A DNA stretch of 64,000 nt from Mobula hypostoma (taxonomy: Eukaryota): assembly GCF_963921235.1 (NCBI RefSeq), contig NC_086097.1, positions 149,360,001 through 149,424,000 of the forward strand. The letters are read 5' to 3'. The position numbers and the translations under genes were made by a program. Shown piece after piece: positions 37,450 to 48,836 of this stretch; positions within the stretch are counted from its first letter, which is position 1, and each line of letters begins with the position of its first letter. A model generated the notes under the pieces. It did no database searches and was not told where the DNA came from. It saw only the letters and a program-made list of their open reading frames with translations.

Positions 37450-39280
37450 GATACTTGTACACTTAAGAAAGAAATCAGGAGACCTAAAAGAAGGCATGAT
37501 GTTGCCCTAGCAGACAAGGTGAAGGAGAATCCTAAAGGATGCTACAAATATGTTAAGAGCAGAAGATTACCAAGGGACAAAATTGTTCTCTGGAAGAGTA
37601 GAATGGTAATCTATGTGTGGAGCCAAAAGAGATGTGGGAGATCTTAAATGGATTATTTTAAAACTGTATTTACGCAGGAAACACAGAGTCTATAGATGTG
37701 AGGAAAAACAGCATCAAGGTCATGGACTCTATAGAGATTTCAGAGGAGGACATGCTTGCTTTCTTGAGGCAAATTAGGGTAGATAAATCCCCAGGGTCTG
37801 CCAAGGTGTTCCCTCAGACCCTGTGGGAGGCAAGTGTAGAAACTGCAGGGGCCCTAGCAGAGATATCTATCCTTAGCGTCAGCTGAGATGCCAGTGTATT
37901 GGAGGATTGCTAATGTTGTTCTGCTTTTTAAGAAAAGTTCTAAAGATAAACCAGGAAAATATATGCCAGTGAGCCTGATATCAGTAATGGGAAAGTTATT
38001 GGAAGGTGTTGTAAGGGACTGGATATGTATGTATTTGTAAAGACAAGGACTGGTTAGGAATAATCAGCATGGCTTTCTATGTGGTAAGTCTTGTCTAACC
38101 AATCTTACTGTTTTTTGAGGAAGTTACCAGGAAAGTTGATGAAGGCAAGGCAGTGGATGTTGTCTACATGGACATTAGCAAGGCATTTGACATGGTCCCA
38201 CATGGGAGGTTGGCCAGAAAGGTTCAGTTCTGGCATTCAAGATGAAGTAGTAAATTGGATTAGACATTGGCTTTGTGGGAGAATGCCAAGAGTGGTAGTA
38301 TATTGTTGCCTCTCTGACTAGTGCCCTATGCTGCAGGGATTGGTTTTGGGTCTGTTGTTGTTTGTCATATCCATTATGATTTGGATGATAATCTGGTTAA
38401 CTGGATCAGCAAATTTGCAGATGACACCAAAATTGAGGGTGTAGTGGAAAATGCAGAAGACTATCAGAGCTTGCAGTGGGATCTGGACCAGTTGGAAAAA
38501 TGGGCTGAAAATGGCAGATGAAATTTAGTGCAGGCTAGTATGAAGTGTTGCTCTTTGGTCAGACCAACCAGGGGTAGGTCTTACGCAGTGAACTTTAGGG
38601 CACCAGGGAGTGTGATAGAACAAAGGGATCTGTGAATACAGGTCTATAATTCATGAAAGTAGCAACAAAGGTAGATAGAGTCATAAAGAAAGCTTGTGGC
38701 ACATTGACTTCATAAATCAAAGTATTGAGTACAGGAGATGGGATGTTATGTTGAAGTTTTATAAGATGTTGGTGGGGCCCAATTTGGAGGATTGTATGCA
38801 GTTTTGGTCACTAACCTAAAGATATAAATAAGGTTGAATGAATACTGAGAAGATTTACAACGATGTTCCTGGAACTGGAGAATCTGAGTTATAAGGAAAG
38901 GTTGAATGGGTTAGCAATTTATTCCTTGGAACATCGAAGATTGAGAGGACATTCAAAATTATGAGAGATATAGGTAGGGTAAATACCTACAAACGTAGAC
39001 ACATGGGTTAAAGGTAAAAGTTGAAATTTTTTGGGGGAATGTGAGGGGAAACTTCGTCTGGCAGAGGGGCATGAGAGTGTGGAACAAGCTGCTAGTGCTA
39101 GTGGTGCATGCAAGCTCAATTTCAAAGTTTAAGAGAAGTTTGGATAAGTACATGAATGGCAGGGCTATTGAGGACTATGGTCTGGGTACAGGTTGACGGG
39201 AGTAGACAGCTTAAATGGATTGGCATGGACTTGATGGGCTGAATGGCCTGATTCTCTGCTGTACTTTTCTATGACTCTAC
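37450..39280 (+). mobile_element. CR1 LINE ORF2 3' half (decayed)
   Basis: DKSPG, QHGF..GKSCL.NL and ISKFADDTKI motifs; ctgtacttttctatgactcta tail. Confidence 0.88.
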
Positions 39281-39744
39281 AACCTCTCAAATTTTAAAAG
39301 CTATATTGCCACCACTGAGCCGAGATCATTTTTACCTTTTAATATCATCTTTGATATCAATAGAGTATTCCACTGTTTTTTGATACGTACTTTTGATCTT
39401 TCTCCGTAGATATCCTGCAATCTTTCTTTAAGATGGCTAACTTATTTGCAATACAATTTTGTGTCATTGATACTTCTTTATTAGAAATAAGATTGAAATT
39501 GCTTACCCTGTTTTACTATTGGGCACGTAGACACAAAAGATAGAAGAGACTTTTGTCTGATTGATATGGGGTGGACTTAAAATACTTCAATTGTCCCACA
39601 GGAGGCATTATTGTGACACTGGGAATCATAGCAGTTTTACTTTATTATACCTGCCCTGAGAATGCTGTGTTTATCCACTGATCACAGGATAGCCAAAATC
39701 TTAAACATTTTGTGTCTATGGAAGATATTTCAAAAAAATGATTC

Positions 39745-40024
39745 ATCACATCAAGTTTCAAAATGATAAATGAGAAAGATGAAGCCTTATTTTACAGTTT
39801 GTATATCAGTGAGTTTTCAAGAGGCTTTATGCATACCAATTAAAGAAGTTTTGTTTGGTTTCAAGTCACAGAACTCACGTCAAACAGCTCTTGTATTTCA
39901 CTCTGAATATCTGGATGCCCTTCATGCATTCAAGATCATGTTTGGATTGAAGGGACCACAATGACCTGAGAGCCTAATAAAAAGGAGGGTTCGGGCTCAA
40001 TCGGACAGCTGCTTCGTAGGAGCA
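39745..40024 (+). promoter_or_regulatory. TG: TG proximal promoter and 5'UTR
   Basis: TATA-like TAATAAAAA at 39975-39983, about 45 nt before the ATG. TCAAG (NKX2-1 core) at 39751, 39817, 39861 and 39930. CRE-like TCACGTCA at 39875-39882. Confidence 0.6.
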
Positions 40025-40091
40025 ATGGGGCACATAAGTACTATCATATTTGCCCTGCACTGCATATGCAGTGCAGCAGCTGTGTCTTCTG
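40025..40091 (+). CDS. TG: Thyroglobulin exon 1 (signal peptide)
   Basis: gcaATGG Kozak context; MGHISTIIFALHCICSAAAVSS plus G|gtaagg. The 67 coding nt splice in frame to EYQ, giving Tyr24 as in human TG. Confidence 0.88.
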
Positions 40092-41886
40092 GTAAGGATG
40101 AATTAAATCCTCTTGACGTAGAGAGAAGTTAAAGGAAATTTAACTTCTAATGGCTGAAGATAGAACTGCCTATATGGTTGCCCATTATGGTAGCTTCCAA
40201 GTGTAGTGGTAAGCCACATCATCTTGGAATGTTCTAATTTGGATCATTCTCTATATTCCATCAGTCAGAATGGAATTATTGTTTCTTGAGCTCGGAGCAT
40301 GTTTAGTTAACCAAATTATTTACTTGTGATTGTACAGTAATCTCAGGAATGGTAGGAATAATGGCCATTGTGCATGAGAAGGTGCTTTGGGGCATCCTGG
40401 ATCCTGCAACCAGGTAGTGTTGCATGCATTTTCAGTGTCCAAGATCTCCCTAGTGCAGTGCCAAGCTGAAAGTTTTACTTAGGATTGCACAAACTGCAAT
40501 ATCAGATCGGTATAGCAGGAAGTGCTTTTCCTGGGTTCAATAATCTGGAAAAGGGAACGATTAAGTTAAAATCTGACTCCTGTTCAATTCATGTAGTTAA
40601 CTGAGACGTCTGCACTGGGGCAATTATGTTCAAAGGACATATACTCCCAGGCTGGACCTAGTTACCTAGCTTGTGGAAAGTGGAGTGAGAAAACCGTGGT
40701 AAGTATTGGAAGTGATAACTGTGTCATATCTTTTGTTTTGCTTGTGCTTTTAATGCATTTTCCACAGATATATTAAATTCATCAACCTTCCTCCTGGCAA
40801 TCTGAATCAAATGTTATTGAACAAATGATATGCTGTTTCATTTAAAACTCAGATTCTTAATCTGTATTGGCCTGTTACTAAAACAACTTTTTTTCTATTT
40901 ATCTTGCATTCACCAACCTATTTCATTCCCTGCTGGCAAAGAACCAGTCTATACCTTTTCCTCCTTGAGATTTAGCCTTTTAATTTTTGAGCTGCCTCGC
41001 ACACTTACTTTTCCCATTTCTTGCTGTGCATGTCTTTATATGTATTATCTGCTTCAACCCTTCCCAGTTTGTTTTAGTTCCCTTTTTAAATTCATTTCCC
41101 GCCATGGGACCGAACCTTGGCAATTTCCTTTTAACCTAGCCGATATCCATTTCCCACTCCTCTGTCATGGAACCTTACTCTAATTCTAACCATTTCTATA
41201 AGACAGAAATTTTCTTCATTCTATTTGCTCCATCCTTGATGGATATTCATTCTGTGACTTGCCATTCAAATCTCCATCCCAAATTCAATTTCATCCTGTT
41301 ATCTCATTCTCTGCTTTTAACACCCTCCTCCGCTCAGTTTCATCATCCCTCCTTTATTGAATTTCACCTCTCAGGTATCACCCTCTATCTCATCCCTTCG
41401 TTTCACTTCTGTATTACTGACAAGCATTCTTCTACACTCTGTCCTGATACAGCATCTTGACCTGAGATGTTGATAATCCCTTTGCCTGAACAGATTGTGA
41501 CTACCCAATGACTTCTTACAGCCGTTTGTCTTTTGTTCCACAGTTCCTACTGGTTTGGATTAAATGCCACTCCAGGTTTACACTTCTGTGGCTGATCCTA
41601 TGTTCTTCCTGAAAGTGCCCAAAACCCTTTTCAGGGTAATTAGGAAAATGTAATAAGTGACAAATATAACTGTGAAGAATATAACTCTGCAAGAAAAGGA
41701 AGTGAGACCAGACTAGAACTCAAAATGTGTTTGCACAATTGTTGACATTAGTCTTTCCTTTTGCCATTGCAAACAAGGGAAGCATTATAGGCAAGAGTCA
41801 TATTTTATAAATAATGATGTATCACTGATGCTCTCTCATTCTTCTTTAACTAATCCGAGGTGATTTTTAACTGTCTTATACTGTAG

Positions 41887-41992
41887 AATACCAGCAAGAC
41901 TCGCAGCATCTGAGTTCTTGTGAACTGAAAAGAAAAAGCTCCCTGAAGAAAGACACCTATATTCCCCAGTGTACGTTGGATGGTAAATACAG
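41887..41992 (+). CDS. TG: Thyroglobulin exon 2
   Basis: Acceptor ctgtag|AA and donor AG|gtggga; 106 nt. EYQQDSQHLSSCELKRKSSLKKDTYIPQCTLDGKY contains the hormonogenic EY and the start of a Tg type-1 repeat. Confidence 0.95.
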
Positions 41993-42139
41993 GTGGGATA
42001 TTCTGTACATCTTACCCTGCTGATTTCTAACTGCTGTTACAATAAATGGGGGTAAGGGCTTGATTTCAGTTTCAAAGGGCCTTGAGGCAGCAATCTTAAA
42101 GGACATTTGAATTGGTACTTGGATAGGAAAGGTGTAAAG

Positions 42140-42210
42140 CAGGGGTTCACAATCTTTTTATGCTATGGAACAATATCATTAAACAAGGGATCCGTGGTTG
42201 GGAAACTCTG
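42140..42210. mobile_element. Tiny hAT-type MITE
   Basis: Ends caggggttcacaa / ttgggaaactctg with 8-bp TSD gtgtaaag (42132-42139 and 42211-42218), inside a CR1 tail. Confidence 0.75.
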
Positions 42211-42884
42211 GTGTAAAGGTGTAAGCCGTAATGTGAGCAAGTGAGATCAGTGTAGATAGGCTTCACATTTAGCAGGTCAATGGGCTTGTTTTTGTGCTGT
42301 ATAGCTCTATGATACTATATTAACCTCACACAAATCCTCTATTCTGCATTAGGGTTGTAGAGTGATACAAACTCTACAGCCCACCAAGTCATGCTGACCA
42401 TGATGGCCACCCCTTAATCCCGACTCCCTGCATTCAGCCCCTATCCCGCTAAGTCCCACCCCTCCATGTTCCTATTCAAGTGCTTTTTAAATACTATTGT
42501 ACCTGCGTCAAGTACTTCTTCTGGTGACTCATTCCATATCGTTACCACACTCCACATGAAAAAGGTGCTCTTCGGTCCCTTTTTAATCTTTCTCCTTTTA
42601 TGTCCCTCAGTCCTGAACTCTCCTATGCTAAGGAAAAGACTGCCACTATTCACCTGATCTTTGCCCTTCATGATTTTCTAAACTTCTACTTGGTCACCCC
42701 TCGTTCTCATAGGTTCCAAAATATAAAGGCCTCGTGTAGCCAACCTCTCCCTGTAACTCATTTCAACAAGTCTCACACAAGCAGGTTCCTACATTCTGGG
42801 GATGTAACCTTCCACAAGTGTTCTTCTATGACTGTTGCAATAACTGGATAACATTCGGGCTTTAATAACTTATTGTTGATGCAG

Positions 42885-42982
42885 GAATATCCAATGCACT
42901 AAGGATGGACGATCCTGTTGGTGTGTCAACAGTGAGGGTGATGTGGTGACAGGAAGCAACCAAAATACAACAGCAATTGCCT
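42885..42982 (+). CDS. TG: Thyroglobulin exon 3
   Basis: Acceptor gatgcag|G and donor T|gtaagt; 98 nt. NIQCTKDGRSCWCVNSEGDVVTGSNQNTTAIA contains the CWCV motif. Confidence 0.95.
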
Positions 42983-44172
42983 GTAAGTATGCAATACTAA
43001 TCTTTATCATAACTAGTCAACAGAATGTTAAAGGTGTTCTTCTTTATTTTTTAAAAATATTCTATTTTCCACTTAAACTATTATTAAACTGTCACATAAA
43101 AATCTGAGATTTATTCTTACTCTTCAAATTCTAATACAACCTTCAATACACTTTTGTGTGGAGAGACTATCTGCACTGCATATTTGTACAATTCTGCCTA
43201 TATCAACACAATCTCATTCACTGTAATCTCCAGTGAACCTCTGCTGTTTTTACAATACTAATGCAAAAATTAATCTTTATGGTATACTCTCATGGTATAC
43301 TTTATGGAACAGTTTGACCCATTGCCAGAACCTCACTTGAATGCATCAATAAAATACCTGTATATTTTAATAACTCTGAGAGATGGCCAACAAAAATTGA
43401 CATGGCGAAGAAAAGTTCTAAAAGGATTCATAAGCTCCTAGGAATTTCTCCACCACCTGTTTTCTCCAATGCTGATTGACATAATCCTGATAATCCCCTG
43501 CAGGTATTGATTCAAAACTGGGGAATTTGGGTAAGTTTGAACACAGACTCGTGCAAATGTTGACATAATCTTGGTAATTCCATTCAATTACCATAGTATT
43601 TTGTGGCTCATGTAGCAGTAGAAATTATCAGTCATTAGAAAACCATATGATTTGGATGGGGGGCCCCTTGACTGAAAATTCCAACAGATGTCTGTGCATT
43701 CCCACCTCTAAATTCCCAGATACCTGGCCCTGTAAGATAATCTCCTTTTATAATATTTCAATTCGAAGAATAGAGGCTCCTTTCAATTAGTCAATTTCTA
43801 TGATGCTGATAATAAATGTTACAATTATTGGAACATTTGGTTGGAATTTATCCCAGGTTGGAACATATCCCAGCCAAGATCTACAAACTGTTCCTCTGAT
43901 TCCCTAGAAGAGATTTTATCTATTAACTTGCTCCGTTATAGCTGCTATTCTATAATTAAATTTAAAACCTTTGTGCAGATTCTAGTTGATAACTTATTCT
44001 TCACCGATAACAATTATTTTTATGCAATTCATTGCCAGGTAAATGTTTCTTTCTTTATAAGCCTAGGAATACATGTTAGACCCCAGTGCACACCACAGTA
44101 CATCTTACTGCAAAGTTATCGCTTTCCCCAAGGTCATAATTTTATTTTAATTATCCATTTCTTTCTCTTCAG

Positions 44173-44376
44173 GCCTGTCCTTCTGCCAGCTCCATCGCCA
44201 GCAGATACTGTTGAGTGGGTATGTAAATAGCCACAGCACGTCTTATATCCCTCAGTGCACACAGACAGGGGAGTATGAAGTTGTGCAGTGCAGTGCTGGC
44301 ACTGGTCAGTGCTGGTGTGTTGACAGTGACAGCATGGAGATTTATGGAACACGTCAAAACAAGCGTCCAGATCACT
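44173..44376 (+). CDS. TG: Thyroglobulin exon 4
   Basis: Acceptor ctcttcag|GC and donor T|gtgagt; 204 nt. Encodes CLSFCQLHRQQILLSGYVNS...YIPQC...CWCVDSDSMEIYGTRQ. Confidence 0.97.
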
Positions 44377-45974
44377 GTGAGTACTGCTTTCCACCAAAAA
44401 CAAAGCACCGAAGTGTTTCAACAGAGCAAAGAGTGCAGAACCCAAATGTAATTCTAGCCATTCTCTTTTTGAAAGTACAATTTTTAACTGGATGACAATA
44501 GCACAGGGGCTACCACTCCTCTGGCCATCCAGCAGTGTAATAATCGAAAATGAATTGTGCATTGTGCCTCCTGACAGGGATTTCTTGATTTCCCACTATC
44601 ATCCACAATTCTTCAGTTGCCTGACCTCACTGGTATTGCTAGAACCATAATTTCTTCATAGGCCCAGTTAGAAAAGCAGAGACTGGAAATTAAACCTCAG
44701 GCCACGGAAGGTAGTGTAATTACTGTTTATGCACTGGCATAATAAAATCAAGCAGTGGCTTAAAATCGACATGAAAGGCAACTTAATTTGTGTGACATCC
44801 CTTCTTTATAGATAAAAAAATGCGCACAATGTACAAGATCAGTCGATGCATGCATTTAATCATATTTTTTACAATTAGTTTAGAAACTAATGGTTTTAAT
44901 ATTTGCTCTCCCAGCTGGGAGATCATAGTGTGTTACCACTTCTGTAGATGTTTTGGAGTTTCCAGAAATTAAGGCAGAATTGACAGGAAAATTACTAGAA
45001 ATGTTTTTTTTTTAAATGGGTTTCGAGATTACTCTGAAAGCAAACACTGGAAGTTAGGAAGTAAAAAGGACTTAAAAATCTTAGGATCCACATACAAATC
45101 AGAGTAAAAGGGAGGGATTCAAATTCCTGGGATGTTGAACCGGTTCTGGGGCAAGTGGGACCACTACCAACAGAATAAAGAAAGTTAAGAAACTGTAATA
45201 TCATACAAGGCTCATTTCTATTGTCATTGGTGAACAGTTGAACCTTCCAGTGACAAATTTCTAATAACATTTCATAAAATTTTAAGCTTTTTAGTAACAA
45301 CCTGTTGTCATTGATCATTTACTGCAGTGCAATATTTCTTACAAATTTAGGGATTTAATAGGTGTTCAATTCTTGACAGATTTTGATAATGAGAAGAGGG
45401 AAGAAGGATTGGTATTCAGTGGACAGAGATACAAAGTAACCAGTGAAATAAGCAGGGATGAAGTGAGGATCATAAAATTGTCCAAGATTTTGTGGACTGG
45501 AAAATCTGACAGAATTACTGATGGAATTAGACAAGTATTTGGGAATAGAAACTTTGCAACTTTGTTTGTAAAAGTAATGTTGTGGTACTAATTGAAGAAC
45601 TCTTTCAGAGCACCAGTTCAATTATTCCATTTTTTCAACATCACCCTGGTTCTGTCAGTTTCACTTTCAAGCTTTAAAGTCCTCTATTCTTTTCCTTCAG
45701 TTTAGCTCAGTGGCAGAACTGATGTTCAAAATTGAATGTACAATGTCTCAGGAGGTGTATTTGGCAATGCTCTTGGGGAGAGTTTGAAGTAAAGTAGCAG
45801 GAGAATGGGAATGTTCGCAGATGGACAGAGGACAGTGAAGCAAACATTCCAGAATCAGAATCAGGTTTAATATTATCGATATACAGTATGTTGTGAAGTT
45901 TGTTCACTTTGTGGCAGCAATGCAATGCAATACATGATAAATTTAGAAAAGCAATGAATTACAGAAGTATAAAA

Positions 45975-47440
45975 GCATAAGACATAGGAGCATAATTAGG
46001 CCATTCAGCCCATCATGTTTGCTCCACCATTCCATCAAGGCTGATCCTGGATCCCACTCAACCCCATACACCTGCCTTCTTGCCATGTCCTTTGATGCCC
46101 TGACTAATCAGGAAACTATCAACTTCTGCTTTAAATATCCTGAGGTCTGGGCCTCCACTGTAGTCTGCGGCAGAAGATTCCACAAATTCACTACTCCCTG
46201 GCTAAAAAAATTCCTCCTTACTTCTGTTCTGAAAGGCCACCCCTCAATTTTGAGACTGTGCCCTCTGGTTCAGGATATCCGCACCATAGGAAACATCCTC
46301 TCCACATCCACGCTATCTAATCCTTTCAATATTCAGTACATTTCAATGAGATCCCCCCACCCCCGCACTCTTCTAAATTCTAATGAGTACAAGTCCAACA
46401 CTTCTCATATTCCTTTCATTCCTGGAATCATCTCATGAACCTCTTCTGGACTCTCTCATGACAACACATTCTCTCTGAGATATGGGGCCCAAAACTGTTG
46501 ACAATACTCCAAGTGTGGCCAGACTAGTGTCTTATAAAAGCACAGCATTATCTCCTTGCTTTGATATTCCAGTCCCTTTGAACTGAATGCCAACATTGTA
46601 TTTGCCTTCTTCACCGCAGACTCAACCTGTAAATTAACCTTCTAAGAGTCTTGCACGAGGACTCCTAAGTCCCTCAGCACCTCTGATGCTTGTTTTCTCC
46701 CCACTTAGATAATAGTCTTCACTATTGTTCCTTTTACCAAAATGCATTATCATACATTTCCCAACACTGTATCCCATCTGACACTTTTTTGCCTATTCTT
46801 CCAATTTGTCTAAGTCATGCTGCAATCACATTGCTTCTTCAGATTATCTCCCCCTTCACCTATCTTCATATCATCCACCAACTTTGCCACAAAGCCATCA
46901 ATTCCATTATCTAAATCTTTGACAAACAATGTGAAAAGTAGCAGTCTCAATACTGACCCCTGAGGAACACCACTAGTCACTGGCAGCCGACCAGAAAAGG
47001 CCCCCTTTACTCCCACTTACTGCATCCTGCCTATCAGCCATTCCACTATCAATACTAGTATTTTTCCTGTAAGGCCATATGATTTTATCTTGTTAAGCAG
47101 CTTCATTAATGGCACCTTATTAAATGCCTTTTGAAAATCTAAATAAATGGCATCCACTGCCTCTCCTTTGTCCTTCCTGCTTGTTACTTCCTTGTAGAAC
47201 TCTAACAGATTTGTCAGGCAAGATTTCCCTTTACAGAAACTGTGTTGACATTGACTTAATTTATCATTAATCTCCAAGAACCCTGAAACCTCATCCTTAA
47301 TAATAGTTTCCAACACTTTCCTAAACACTGAGATTAGGCTAAATGGCCTATAATTTCCTTTCTTTTGCCTCCTCCCTTCTTAAAGAGTGGAGTGTCCTTT
47401 GCATGTTTCCTGTCCTCCAGGACAACGCCAGAGTCCAGTA
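45975..47440 (-). mobile_element. CR1 LINE RT and 3' end
   Basis: QHSFCKGKSCLTNLLEFY...YLDFQKAF, SGVPQGSVL and AKLVDD; cataagacataggagc tail. It splits a Rex-like tail (about 45850-45975 and 47440 onward). Confidence 0.88.
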
Positions 47441-48425
47441 TATATGTATATTAAATAAAATTAAAATAAGTATATTCAATAAAATTAAAATATTAAATTA
47501 AAATAAGTAATGCAAAAACACAGGTTTTAAAAAAGTAGTGAGTTAGTGTTAATGGGTTCAATGTCCATTTAGGAATTGGATGGCAGAGGGGAAGAAGCTG
47601 TCCCTGAATTGCCTTTGGGCTTCCGTAGCTCCTTTCTGATGGTAGCAATGAGAAGAGCTCATGTCCTTAATAATGGATGCTGCCTTTCTGTGGCTCCACT
47701 CCTTAAAGATGTCTTCGATATGATGGACTCTAGTACCTATGATGGAGGAGACTAACTTTTCAACTCTCTGCAGCTTACTTCTATCGTGTGCAGTAGCCCC
47801 ACCCCACCCCATACCAGATGATGATGCAGCCAGTTAGAATGCTCTCCACGGTACATCTGTAGAAATTTTCGTGTGTTTTAGGAACAAACCAAATCTCTTC
47901 TAACTCCTAATAAAATATAGTTGCTGTCTTGCCTTCTTTATAGATGTATTGATATGTTGGGACCAGGTTAGATCCTCAGAGATACTGATGCCCAGGAACT
48001 TGAAATTGTTCACGCACTCTGCCACTGACCCCCCCTTATGAGGACTGGAGTATGTTCTCTTGCCTTATCCTTCCTGAAGTCCACAGTCATCTCTTTGGCC
48101 TTACTGATGTTGAGTGCAAGGTCTTTGCTGCGATGTCACTCACCTAGCTGGTATATCTCGCTCTTGTATGCCTTGTCATCACCACCTGAATTCTGCCAAC
48201 AATGGTTGGTATCATCAGTAAATTCATAGGTGGCATTAGAGATATGCCTAGCTGCACAGTCACGTGTGTAGAGAAAGTAGAGCAGTGGGCTAAGCGCACA
48301 TCCCTAAGGAGATAGTTAGCGAGGTGGAGATTTTATTACCAATCCGAACAGATTATGGTTTTCTGGTTAGGAAGTTGAGGATCCAGTTGCGGAGGGAGGT
48401 ACAGAGGGCCAGGTTCTGTAGCTCT
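47440..48425 (-). mobile_element. Rex/Babar-like LINE 3' fragment
   Basis: KAASIIKD...QFRDSFFPSAI.FLN and RT-like segments. Confidence 0.7.
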
Positions 48426-48676
48426 ATTTCACCTGTAACCTATCCAGCACCTATCAAACTCCGTGTAAAAAAAACTGCCCTTCTCGTCACCTTTAAACTT
48501 CCCCCCTCTAACTTTAATACCATAATAGCAGGTCCTCAGGTGATGGTGAGAAGGTAAACCAGGTCTATGTTGATGAAGTCCCAATGGGTTGTTAATCTTG
48601 AAACTCTTAATTGTGGGGAAAGTCACTCATATAAAGGTTTTATTTTCTTAACCGTGCAGTTTTGTACCCAATAAAG

Positions 48677-48836
48677 GTCCCTCAAGTTGTGAAATTCGAG
48701 ATCGGCGGATGCTCCATGGCTTCGGGATAAAGTCACCACCCCAGTGTTCCAGGGACAGGAGCTTTCTTGATGTCCAGTGCAGATTTGTCAACACAGCAGA
48801 CATGACAGTCTTTGACTTGGTCAATAACTTCAACAG
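48677..48836 (+). CDS. TG: Thyroglobulin exon 5
   Basis: Acceptor ataaag|GT and donor AG|gtaaga; 160 nt. Encodes CPSSCEIRDRRMLHGFGIKSPPQCSRDRSFLDVQCRFVNTADMTVFDLVNNFN. Confidence 0.96.

Noticed and set aside
39976..39981. AATAAA as a poly(A) signal
   Set aside because: Its position about 45 nt upstream of the TG ATG fits a TATA-like box better.
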